Assembly: GCA_034439715.1 (NCBI GenBank)
Contig: JAWXAY010000072.1
Span: forward strand, 1 to 49,579
Direction: 5' to 3'
Length of the DNA stretch: 49,579 bases
Source of the DNA: Pseudomonadota bacterium
Lineage (GTDB): Bacteria > Bdellovibrionota > Bdellovibrionia > Bdellovibrionales > SG-bin7
Below, piece after piece: positions 38,707 through 47,272 of the stretch. The notes below the pieces were generated by a model, which searched no databases, was not told where the DNA came from, and was given only the letters and a program-made list of their open reading frames with translations. How positions within the stretch are numbered: position 1 is the stretch's first letter; each line of letters starts with the position of its first letter. Position numbers and translations under genes: made by a program.

Positions 38707-39285
38707 CTATAAATTTAGAGGTAAGCTTACTGAAAGCATCACAATCTTGGCGTTGCTTTCGAAGGCAACCGCTGAAGCTGGAGAGGACTCATCATATTTT
38801 AGTGTCGAGTAATCTAAATTGATCGCAACAAAAGGTAATCCCGTAAAACCTGCGCCAATTTTTATGCCGCTTCCCTTCGTGTCCGCACTTCCTGCCGTTT
38901 CTGGATCAATCGTAGAATCCAAAATATATGCGCCATAAACTCTAAGCGGAAGGATAGGTAACTCATAATCGGCAAATATTCCTAAGTTTGTAACCTTGGA
39001 TTTTGTTTCTTGGCCAACGGCTGAACCTGCCGTTTGTTTTTCTGTGGTCGAAGTCATTTGATAGTCAACCCCAACAGCTAATCCTACAAAAGACCAGCCT
39101 AAGCGAAGGCCAATGCCACTACCAGAAATATCTCCCTCACTTGTGGAAGGAGTCGAAGGTACTTCAGTGCTCACAGTACTTGCAACCAAAAATCCAAAAT
39201 AGGGATCAATATAAACCGCTTGCGAAACTGAAGCTGCAAGTAGGATTCCAGAAAAACTCAAAAGTACTAAAAAATTTCTTTTCAT
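38707..39285 (-). CDS. Outer-membrane beta-barrel protein (8-stranded OMP-like)
   Basis: Signal peptide ending SQA, YIDPYFG, amphipathic strands, MLSVSLP C-terminus; GGAGG SD. Confidence 0.75.
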   Translation of the reverse strand: MKRNFLVLLSFSGILLAASVSQAVYIDPYFGFLVASTVSTEVPSTPSTSEGDISGSGIGLRLGWSFVGLAVGVDYQMTSTTEKQTAGSAVGQETKSKVTNLGIFADYELPILPLRVYGAYILDSTIDPETAGSADTKGSGIKIGAGFTGLPFVAINLDYSTLKYDESSPASAVAFESNAKIVMLSVSLPLNL

Positions 39286-39396
39286 AAAAAAACCTCCGAT
39301 GGTGTGACACTCGAAATTCTAATACGAACTAGATAATTTATCAAAGAACTGATGGTGGCCGACCTAAACTAAAGTCCAGGCGGCACACTTTGAAAT

Positions 39397-39801
39397 TTAG
39401 TGGAGAGCGCCACTTTCCTCATTGGGAACTTCAATTTCTCCGCGAATCAACGAAATTTCGGTTATTGCATGATCAGCGGGATGATATATTTTTAGGCCAA
39501 CAGGAGTACTTAGTGGGCCTCGAATCATTGCAACTACATCTTCGAGGGATTTGCCATAAACGCGTTCCCAAGTTGTATCAGGCGAAGTCTGAACTGCAGT
39601 GATCATATCACCGATTTCAATTTTGCCGATGGTGGCAGCAGGAGAATTAGGGACAATCTCTTGGATCACAAAAGCCTTTTCGCTTTGCTTTACGATCACG
39701 AGACCCACACCGATAATTTTGTCGAAGCTGTGCACACTGGCTTGCGCCGACGTAAATCCTGCTAAAAGAAAACCAAATCCAATGGCTAGTACTTTATTCA
39801 T
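39397..39801 (-). CDS. Secreted single PDZ-domain protein
   Basis: GVGLVI, IVPNSPAA..GKIEIGDMI, VVAMIRGP; resembles the CtpA PDZ but has no protease domain. Confidence 0.82.
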   Translation of the reverse strand: MNKVLAIGFGFLLAGFTSAQASVHSFDKIIGVGLVIVKQSEKAFVIQEIVPNSPAATIGKIEIGDMITAVQTSPDTTWERVYGKSLEDVVAMIRGPLSTPVGLKIYHPADHAITEISLIRGEIEVPNEESGALH

Positions 39802-39880
39802 AAAACCTCCTTGAATTAATAAACGGTGATTTTATTGTTGCGGCTTTTTTTATAAAAGGCAAGCCTTGGGACGCACCCGG

Positions 39881-40792
39881 TTAGAGCTTCATCTCCCAAA
39901 AACTGTCTAAGACCTTGCGCACTCGAGCTGAAGGAAATCGACTCGCCAGTTGAATTATAAAAATGGAATGTTCGTTCTGCTTTAGTGGAGCGCCCTTAAA
40001 GGCAAATAGCTCTTTTCGGCTGAGGTGCCCCTCTACGCAGTGCCGAGGGAAAACCCCTAGTCCCACTCCGTGTGTTACCATGGTGATGGCGCCACTGAGG
40101 CTATTGATTTTTCCGCAGATCGAAAAATTTTGCAGATTATGCATCTGTCCCTTTGAAAAATAAATGGCCTGCCAATGTGTAAAAAGCACCTCCATTCCCG
40201 GATAGCTAATAAAGGTTTTTTCTTTAAGCTCAGAAATTCCATCAAAGCGCACCGATTTTTCGTGATTCCCAACTAATACATATTCTTCGCGCGCAAATTC
40301 CTCGCTGAGAATTTCTTTGTGTTGGATTCGCTTTGTGACAAAGCCAAAATCAATTTCTCCACTTAAAAGTTGCTCAGCAACTTCGTCAGAATGGCATATG
40401 CGAATGTCGAGATTGATTCCTAAGAACTTCTCTCGCTTTAGTAATAACTGTGGAAAGTGGGAGGTCATAAGGCAAGAACCGGGCATAGCATACCGTACTA
40501 CGCCTTTAAGATCTTGTGCCTCGCTGCTCAAGATCTCGAATAGTGAGTCCAATTGATCCAAATAACTTTCTGCAAAGACTTTAAGTTTCGTGCCGGCCTC
40601 GGTAAGAGTAATTTTTCGATTGGCCCGCAGAAATAAATTCACGCCTAAGGTTGTCTCCAGCTTTGAAATATGCTGGCTTATGCCTGATTGGGTCAGGGCT
40701 GCTGACTCTGCCGCTTTGGTAAAGTTTAATGACTCTGCGGCATAATAAAAGGCTTTTAGGGCCGTGGGATCTAACTTTTGAAAGTCACGCAT
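39881..40792 (-). CDS. LysR-family transcriptional regulator
   Basis: NFTKAAESAALTQSGISQHISKLETTLGVNLFLR...LTEAG HTH plus substrate-binding domain. Confidence 0.95.
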   Translation of the reverse strand: MRDFQKLDPTALKAFYYAAESLNFTKAAESAALTQSGISQHISKLETTLGVNLFLRANRKITLTEAGTKLKVFAESYLDQLDSLFEILSSEAQDLKGVVRYAMPGSCLMTSHFPQLLLKREKFLGINLDIRICHSDEVAEQLLSGEIDFGFVTKRIQHKEILSEEFAREEYVLVGNHEKSVRFDGISELKEKTFISYPGMEVLFTHWQAIYFSKGQMHNLQNFSICGKINSLSGAITMVTHGVGLGVFPRHCVEGHLSRKELFAFKGAPLKQNEHSIFIIQLASRFPSARVRKVLDSFWEMKL

Positions 40793-40800
40793 TTCACACT

Positions 40801-40821
40801 ATTACCATTTATGATTGTAAT
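40801..40821. promoter_or_regulatory. Candidate LysR operator dyad
   Basis: ATTAC-N11-GTAAT inverted repeat in the divergent lysR/target intergenic region. Confidence 0.35.
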
Positions 40822-40919
40822 GTTCAATAACATTAATTTCACTAATGTATAAAAAACGCCTAATGCTGTGTTTCCAGTGGCTGTAATTAAACAGATCGCT
40901 TATATTAAGGAGCAAGAAA

Positions 40920-41726
40920 ATGAAGAACTTAAAAAAAATCACACTAGCTTTAACTTTAGCATTAGCCGTGGGGCTAAGCCAATCGACCCATGCCAAGGAT
41001 AGCGCGCAATACTTTCGAGTATGGCAGGGATTTAAAAAAGTGGAACTGTCCTATCCGCAATTTATATCTGAACTGCCTCTATTTATGCGAGACACAGTCG
41101 ATATTTATAGGGATCGAGTGCTGAATAATTACCTAGTTATTGTGCCGCCAGAAAATAAACCCGATTTTATACCCGACGAGTTGGCACTTGTAGCGTTAAC
41201 GTCGAAACAAGGATATCAAGAAATTCGCGCCTCTGACGAAGGGCTACGCTATGCTGAAAGACATTGGGATGTTTTTGAGAAAGGGGTTTCAAAAAGCGCT
41301 GATCCCATGGTGGATTACTCTAAAGATAAACCCAAATCTCTTCTGCACAATCAGTCATACGATATAATTGGAAAACCAATTGATTGGACTCGAGGATACA
41401 ATGCTGTATTTATTGGAATTCGTAAATCGGGTTTATCGAGCGACAGCTACTTGGCGCGATTAAAAACCCATATTGACTTGGCAAAAACAGTCATGTTGCC
41501 AAAAGGATTACGTGGGTACATCGTGATCGCTAATGAAAACTATGAGATCGCGTATCTCAACTGGAGTTCAAAAAAGGCCCATGATCAAGCCGGGCAGTCG
41601 GATGGCGGCAAAAAAGTTTTTAGTGATGCGGGCACGATTATGGATATCCTGATGTATCAAGAGGCTGTGCCATTTGAGGCGGGTCTTGAAGTTTCACCGA
41701 ACCACGCTTACTCAACGATTCAATAA
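40920..41726 (+). CDS. Secreted hypothetical protein, possible tandem EthD/Dabb-like fold
   Basis: AAGGAG SD, signal peptide ending THA, two internally similar halves. Confidence 0.65.
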   Translation: MKNLKKITLALTLALAVGLSQSTHAKDSAQYFRVWQGFKKVELSYPQFISELPLFMRDTVDIYRDRVLNNYLVIVPPENKPDFIPDELALVALTSKQGYQEIRASDEGLRYAERHWDVFEKGVSKSADPMVDYSKDKPKSLLHNQSYDIIGKPIDWTRGYNAVFIGIRKSGLSSDSYLARLKTHIDLAKTVMLPKGLRGYIVIANENYEIAYLNWSSKKAHDQAGQSDGGKKVFSDAGTIMDILMYQEAVPFEAGLEVSPNHAYSTIQ

Positions 41727-41737
41727 AGGAAAAATTT

Positions 41738-42427
41738 ATGATTAGCCAAGTTATAAAAGTATTAATAGTTGTTACAAGTCATAGTCAGTTAGGAAACACG
41801 GGTAAACCAACGGGATATTACTTGCCTGAGGTCACTCACCCGTATCAGAAATTACAAGAATTGGGATTTGGTGTTGACATCGCAAGTCCCAAAGGTGGCA
41901 AAGCTCCGATGGATGAAAAAAGTCGAGATCTAAAAGATCCGATTAATCGAAAATTACTCGAGAGCAAGGAGTTTGTAGCAAAGCTTGAAAACACTATAGC
42001 TTTAAAAGATGTTAGGGCCAAAGACTACCAAGCGATTGTGTTTGCAGGTGGCCATGGCACGATGTGGGATTTTTCAAACTCAACTGAAATTAATAATCTC
42101 TCTCAAAACATTTATGAATCAGGCGGTGTGGTGGCCGCTGTCTGCCATGGGCCCGCAGCTTTAGTTAATATTAAACTGAGTGACGGAAAATATTTGGTTG
42201 CCGGAAAATCTTTAACAGGGTTTAGCAATGCCGAGGAGGCAGCGGCCGAGCTAACCAAAGTTATGCCATTTTTGCTGGAGGACGAATTAAAAAAGCGCGG
42301 TGCAAAGTACTTCGCTAAACCGCTATGGCAAGGGCATGTGATTACCGACGGCCGTTTGGTGACCGGGCAAAATCCCGCCTCTGCAGCAGGAGTGGGTGAA
42401 GCCGTGGCAAAACTATTGAAACGTTGA
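41738..42427 (+). CDS. DJ-1/PfpI family protein (Hsp31/glyoxalase III-like)
   Basis: TGYYLPEVTHPY, ASPKGG, AGGHGTMWDF, AVCHGP (catalytic Cys-His), TGQNPASA. Confidence 0.92.
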   Translation: MISQVIKVLIVVTSHSQLGNTGKPTGYYLPEVTHPYQKLQELGFGVDIASPKGGKAPMDEKSRDLKDPINRKLLESKEFVAKLENTIALKDVRAKDYQAIVFAGGHGTMWDFSNSTEINNLSQNIYESGGVVAAVCHGPAALVNIKLSDGKYLVAGKSLTGFSNAEEAAAELTKVMPFLLEDELKKRGAKYFAKPLWQGHVITDGRLVTGQNPASAAGVGEAVAKLLKR

Positions 42428-42515
42428 TAAGTTGACACCCTTTGGTCGAGTTTACCGAGAAAGGCTGGACGTACACCGCTAAGAATTTATAAGATCAAAA
42501 CACACGGGGGTATTC

Positions 42516-43211
42516 ATGCGTTTATTTATTATTCTTGTTTTGACCTTAACGAGCCTACGCGCTTTCGCTATGAACGCTGACTGCGCCGCCTGGTTAAATT
42601 CAACCACTAGCGCGGGGACTTCCGCTACGTTTGGTGCTGACGGTACCATCGAGCCTAAAGAAGGCTACAAAATAGATGTTAATAATTTAAAAACGTTTTC
42701 GACCTCTCTTAAACAAAGCGGCGTCACTGGTGGTTTGTTCATGTTAGGAACATTAAATGTGGTGCGCGAAGGTAAAAATATAAAATCGATTACAAACGGT
42801 TTTAAAAACGGTACGTCCGAAACCATTTATCTAAATGATTCGGGCGAAAATTGTTTTCCAAAATCTCAATATTCATTAGAAGTTGTAAATGGCAAAAACG
42901 TTACCTACCTGGACTGGGACACAGAGATGTGCGGTAAAATTCAAGAATATTTTGATTCCCATCCCGAACTAAAGGAATGTGACAATAGTGCGCGCCTTTC
43001 TGAATTAAAAGGCATTCTTGACCAATACAAACCAAAAAAAGCAGGTGAACTGCGCTTTGCTTCAGTCACGGGAGCGTCCCGCACGGATTTTAATCCGATG
43101 TCGGCTGCAAAGGCCTACTCTCATGTTTGTGAGCGCATCGTGAATTCAAAGTTTGGAATGAAAAATATGGGCGCTCGAAAAGAACCTAAGCGTGGAGCGA
43201 TTGCTCAGTAG
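42516..43211 (+). CDS. Secreted hypothetical protein
   Basis: Signal peptide ending AFA, GGGGG SD-like, several Cys. Confidence 0.65.
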   Translation: MRLFIILVLTLTSLRAFAMNADCAAWLNSTTSAGTSATFGADGTIEPKEGYKIDVNNLKTFSTSLKQSGVTGGLFMLGTLNVVREGKNIKSITNGFKNGTSETIYLNDSGENCFPKSQYSLEVVNGKNVTYLDWDTEMCGKIQEYFDSHPELKECDNSARLSELKGILDQYKPKKAGELRFASVTGASRTDFNPMSAAKAYSHVCERIVNSKFGMKNMGARKEPKRGAIAQ

Positions 43212-43263
43212 CATCGCGTTTATCAGCTAGACACGCCCTGACTCTACGCGCTTAAATTCTAAG

Positions 43264-43280
43264 CCACCACCACCACCACC
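43264..43280. repeat. (CCA)5 trinucleotide simple repeat
   Basis: CCACCACCACCACCACC in intergenic DNA. Confidence 0.7.
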
Positions 43281-43367
43281 GAAGCATAATGTCTCAATTT
43301 GCTATATTTCTTATGAAGCAAAATGCCTCAAATATTTTGCTAATCTCCCTGTAGCACTGCACGACCC

Positions 43368-43383
43368 TGGCGCCAATATTGCA
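43368..43383 (+). promoter_or_regulatory. Sigma54-type -24/-12 promoter for the FAD/Rieske-BON operon
   Basis: TGGCGCCAATATTGCA with canonical GG/GC spacing, about 40 nt upstream of ATG 43425 (GGAGG SD). Confidence 0.62.
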
Positions 43384-43424
43384 ATTGCAGTTGGAAATGG
43401 AATTCCGAAATCGGAGGCAATAAT

Positions 43425-45017
43425 ATGGATTTCGAAATCGAGCAAATGCAGACAGAGAGTTTATCTTTATGGATGGATACCGTAGAGATGCCCGGCAATC
43501 CAACGCTCACAGAAAATTTAAAAACCGATGTCTGTATTGTCGGCGGAGGCCTTGGGGGTTTGACGACCGCGTACCTTTTAATGAAAGAAGGTAAGAGCGT
43601 CTGCGTCCTTGAGGACTCTGAAATTGGCAGCGGACAGACTGGCAGAACCACCGCGCATTTTGTTACCGCATTAGATGACAGGTATTTCGACCTCGAAAAA
43701 TATCACGGAGAATCGGGCGCGCGACTAGCAGCCGAGAGTCACCGTGCGGCACTAGAAGAAGTCGAAAACATTATCGCCAAAGAAAAAATTGAGTGTGATC
43801 TAGAATACGTTGATGGCTTTCTTTTCGCGGCAGCAGAAAGTCCCCCAGGAGTATTAAACGACGAACTTTTGGCGGCCCATCGAGCTGGCCTTTCAGAAGT
43901 AAACATGGTTAGCCGCGCCCCGCTCGAATCCTTTAACACAGGCCCTGCCCTTTGCTTTCCTCGACAGCTTCAACTTAACCCGCTGAAGTATCTTAAGGGG
44001 TTAGCAGAATGCCTCCTAAAAAATGGTGGAAAGATCTATACCAATACTCATGTTCTAGAAGTTCATGGTGGCAAAGACGCCTTTGTCAAAACCAAAAATG
44101 GCAATATTGTGAAAGCTCAGTCTATTGTTGTGGCGACAAACACGCCCATTAATAACCTTTTCGCCATTCATACAAAACAAGCAGCGTATCGAACTTACGT
44201 CATTGCGCTTCTTGTGCCGCGTGGCCATGTCGCCAAGGGTTTATATTGGGACACTCTAGATCCCTATCATTATGTACGTGTCGAATCCTCCAAATCCGGT
44301 ACCGATGACATTCTTATTGTGGGTGGGGAAGATCATAAAACAGGGCAAAATAATAAACCCGAAGAATCTTTCAGTCGTTTAGAAAAATGGACACGCGAGA
44401 AATTTCCGTTGGCAAAAAAAATCGCCTATCGTTGGTCAGGACAAGTGATGGAACCGGTTGATGGACTTGGATTTCTTGGCCACAACCCTATGGATCGAAA
44501 CAATGTCTATGTCATCACCGGCGACTCGGGAAATGGCATGACCCATTGTACGATTGGTGGCTTATTAATTGCCGATCAAATTATGGATATAAAAAATCCG
44601 TGGGAAAGACTTTACAGTCCCTCGAGGATTAGTCTGCGTGCAACGGGTACATACTTAAGGGAAAATGCCAACATGGCCGCTCAGTTCGGCGACTGGTTTA
44701 CAGGAAAGCAACTCGAAGAGTTAGAAGATATTTCACCAGGAGAAGGGGCTGTCTTTCGAAATGGTTTGAAACAGGTAGCGGCCTACAAAAGTAAAGAAGG
44801 AATTCTTGACCTGCGCTCTGCCGTCTGCCCGCACTTGGGTTGCGTGGTTTCTTGGAATAGTGTTGAAAAGTCTTGGGACTGTCCCTGTCACGGATCGAGA
44901 TTTAATTGTCACGGAAAAGTTTTGGAGGGCCCTGCTGTTACAGATTTAAAAAAAGTGGCAGAACCAGTTTTAAACAATCTCTCTTTAGAAAGGAAGGTAG
45001 TTTATGAAAATCTTTAG
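43425..45017 (+). CDS. FAD-dependent oxidoreductase with C-terminal Rieske [2Fe-2S] domain (YhfW-like)
   Basis: DVCIVGGGLGGLTTA, GQTGRTTAH, GGEDHKTG, GDSGNGMT; Rieske CPHLGC...WDCPCHGSRF. Confidence 0.93.
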   Translation: MDFEIEQMQTESLSLWMDTVEMPGNPTLTENLKTDVCIVGGGLGGLTTAYLLMKEGKSVCVLEDSEIGSGQTGRTTAHFVTALDDRYFDLEKYHGESGARLAAESHRAALEEVENIIAKEKIECDLEYVDGFLFAAAESPPGVLNDELLAAHRAGLSEVNMVSRAPLESFNTGPALCFPRQLQLNPLKYLKGLAECLLKNGGKIYTNTHVLEVHGGKDAFVKTKNGNIVKAQSIVVATNTPINNLFAIHTKQAAYRTYVIALLVPRGHVAKGLYWDTLDPYHYVRVESSKSGTDDILIVGGEDHKTGQNNKPEESFSRLEKWTREKFPLAKKIAYRWSGQVMEPVDGLGFLGHNPMDRNNVYVITGDSGNGMTHCTIGGLLIADQIMDIKNPWERLYSPSRISLRATGTYLRENANMAAQFGDWFTGKQLEELEDISPGEGAVFRNGLKQVAAYKSKEGILDLRSAVCPHLGCVVSWNSVEKSWDCPCHGSRFNCHGKVLEGPAVTDLKKVAEPVLNNLSLERKVVYENL

Positions 45018-45378
45018 CAAGTTAAAAATGGCCACTGTGGTATTATCGTTGACTATAGGGAGCTCGCTGGCGTTAGGCGAAAACGGCGCTGACAACACAA
45101 AAGTTAATGAACGGGATCGAGACCCCAATGAATTGACGGCAGACCAACAATCGTCTAATAAAGGCGACATCGAAATCACGCGTCGCATACGTCAAGCTCT
45201 ACTAAGAGATAAAGATCTCTCTACTTATGCACACAATATCAAAATTATCACCATTGACGGCAGAGTGACAGTTAAAGGTCCCGTACGTACGAAAGACGAA
45301 GAAAAGACTATTCTAAAAAGTGCGCACGATGTAGCCGGCATTTCAAGTGTCATTAATGAAATGGCGATCACAAGGTAA
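45004..45378 (+). CDS. BON-domain periplasmic protein
   Basis: Signal peptide, ADNTKVNERDR, DIEITRRIRQAL, HNIKIITIDGRVTVKGPV. Confidence 0.9.
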   Translation: MKIFSKLKMATVVLSLTIGSSLALGENGADNTKVNERDRDPNELTADQQSSNKGDIEITRRIRQALLRDKDLSTYAHNIKIITIDGRVTVKGPVRTKDEEKTILKSAHDVAGISSVINEMAITR

Positions 45379-45409
45379 TTATACAATTAACTTTTAATAG
45401 GGGGATTTT

Positions 45410-46000
45410 ATGAGTGGTAAAAACAAAGCGGCATTTGGAATTTTCAAAACACGCTCAGAAGTAGAAGAAGCTGTAGAGGCACTGAAGGTCGATGGTTTTA
45501 TGTCCTCTGACATTTCGGTCCTTTTGCCTGACAATAAGGGCTCGCAAGAATTTGCCCATATAAAAGGGACCAAAGCACCTGAGGGTGCCGCCACTGGCGC
45601 AGGAGCAGGTGCCGTTATTGGTGGAACTATTGGATTGCTGGCAGGCATTGGAGCCTTAACGATTCCTGGAATCGGACCCTTTATTGCGGCGGGACCGATT
45701 ATGGCAGCGCTCGCTGGCGCGGGAGTTGGTAGTGCCATAGGTGGTATGAGTGGCGCTTTGGTGGGCCTAGGAGTACCGGAGTACGAAGCAAAAAGATATG
45801 AAGGCTTTATTAAGGACGGTGGTATTTTGCTTTCAGTGCATACAGAGAGTTCCAAGCAATTGGCCGCGGCAAAAAAATGTCTTGAGAACACGGGCGCCGA
45901 AGATGTTTCGTCGACGGGCGAGGTTAGAGGAGAACGGAAGGTGTATTCTAAAAAACGTAAAGAAAGGGAAAATAAAAATTATATAGCCCAAGTGTACTAA
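45410..46000 (+). CDS. Glycine-zipper membrane protein, general-stress-protein-like
   Basis: AVEALKVDGF..SDISVL, GAATGAGAGAVIGG, IPGIGPFIAAGP, GVPEYEAKRYE, GGILLSVH. Confidence 0.85.
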   Translation: MSGKNKAAFGIFKTRSEVEEAVEALKVDGFMSSDISVLLPDNKGSQEFAHIKGTKAPEGAATGAGAGAVIGGTIGLLAGIGALTIPGIGPFIAAGPIMAALAGAGVGSAIGGMSGALVGLGVPEYEAKRYEGFIKDGGILLSVHTESSKQLAAAKKCLENTGAEDVSSTGEVRGERKVYSKKRKERENKNYIAQVY

Positions 46001-46027
46001 ATAAACTTTTACTGAGAGGAATTTAAA

Positions 46028-46615
46028 ATGAAGAAAACTACAAACCATAGCAAAAATAAAAAAAATATTTCGATATTATTAGTCGTATTTTCATTCGGAT
46101 TAGTGGGATATATGAGTTCTGTTAATTTTGCAAATGCAGCGGTCGATTCAGAAACTCAAAAAGCGGCCTCTCGATTTGGAGCGGCTACTGTTACAGAAAT
46201 TAATTTTTCAAAAGAGTCCGGTGACTTATCTGAGGATGCGAAAAAAGAATTGCAACAGGTCCTCACTGAAGCCGGCAAAAAAGGAACAATAAAAGAGGTG
46301 AGAGTTGCCGCCTGGGCCGATCAGGAATACCCTCCAAAGGGAGTTGATTTGGCAGGAAGTCAAGTCGACCTTGCTGAGAAACGAGCTGGCTCTGTCCAAC
46401 TGTATCTGGAAAAATCTCTTAACGTAGCCAGTGTCAGTACCTTAAATATGGCTGAGAGGCCTTCGAGAGTTCAGGATTTACTAAAGACCAAGGCTGCTAA
46501 AACGAAAAATACTTTAGAAAATACGGGAGCAGCCCCGACAGATTCAGATCACACTGGTCTATTTGGCCTAAAAGGCAAAGCATCGCAGGCTGTTATTATG
46601 ATTTACAATAAGTAA
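46028..46615 (+). CDS. Secreted OmpA-C-like domain protein (divergent)
   Basis: EINFSKESGDLS...VRVAAWAD...LAEKRAGSVQLYL, resembling the OmpA_C-like pattern F..S..L / GHTD / LS..RA..V..YL. Confidence 0.6.
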   Translation: MKKTTNHSKNKKNISILLVVFSFGLVGYMSSVNFANAAVDSETQKAASRFGAATVTEINFSKESGDLSEDAKKELQQVLTEAGKKGTIKEVRVAAWADQEYPPKGVDLAGSQVDLAEKRAGSVQLYLEKSLNVASVSTLNMAERPSRVQDLLKTKAAKTKNTLENTGAAPTDSDHTGLFGLKGKASQAVIMIYNK

Positions 46616-46624
46616 TTATAGTAA

Positions 46625-46644
46625 GGGGCCGGTTTACCGGCCTC
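46625..46644. terminator. GC-rich hairpin at the junction of convergent genes
   Basis: GGGGCCGG-TTTA-CCGGCCTC, overlapping the stop codon of 46634-47272. Confidence 0.4.
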
Positions 46645-47272
46645 CGGCAGAGGGCAGAATGAATGTCAGAGAAGCGTTGATCAAGTAGTCCGTCATATCG
46701 AGTCGTTGTGAAATTCCAGAAATTTCTCCCGGTTTAAGGGCTACTTGATTGAGCTCGGCACCCCAGTTCAGCCGAACAAAACGGCCAAAATAAAAGATAA
46801 ATCCTCCGCCTAATTCAAATCCGCTAGCGCTATAATCTAATCTGTTAGCAAGGGCACCTGTGGTTTTGTCTTGATAATTGACTCTCAGATATCCAATCTT
46901 GACATAAACACCGGATGAAACTGCCTTTAATCCAAGAGCCGTATTGTTGCCGGTAATAAATTCGCTTTGGGTTTCTGAATTGGCTGTGTTTTCTAGATTT
47001 AAAACTTTGTAGCTCAAATAGGGGCCAAAGTTCAAATGGGTTTTTCCGATCGCATAGTCAATTCCTATGCCATAGGTTGACCCCGAGTAAGAGGGAACGG
47101 TGCCCTGTCCGTAAATATTTGTTCTGTTAATGCCGTAGAGCGCGTTTAATTGCAGGGAGGAGCCAAAAGAACCACCACCACCACTACTACTGCCTTTGCC
47201 CGGTAAAACCGTTTGGCTGTACCCATAGGATGAAATTAATAAAATAAATAACAGGAGTATTTTTTTATTCAT
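46634..47272 (-). CDS. Secreted outer-membrane beta-barrel-like protein
   Basis: Signal peptide, Gly/Ser linker, amphipathic aromatic strands; ATGA-coupled to the upstream lipoprotein gene. Confidence 0.65.
   Translation of the reverse strand: MNKKILLLFILLISSYGYSQTVLPGKGSSSGGGGSFGSSLQLNALYGINRTNIYGQGTVPSYSGSTYGIGIDYAIGKTHLNFGPYLSYKVLNLENTANSETQSEFITGNNTALGLKAVSSGVYVKIGYLRVNYQDKTTGALANRLDYSASGFELGGGFIFYFGRFVRLNWGAELNQVALKPGEISGISQRLDMTDYLINASLTFILPSAGGR

Noticed and set aside
39856..39888. c-di-GMP-I riboswitch-like words (GGCAAG...GGGACGCA...CCGG)
   Set aside because: Too short, lacks the GNRA P2 stem and P3, overlaps the lysR stop, and is on the wrong strand for the neighbouring genes
43264..43280. 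(CCA)5 repeat as a phase-variation switch
   Set aside because: Short, and located outside both the coding sequence and the -24/-12 spacer; no evidence of function
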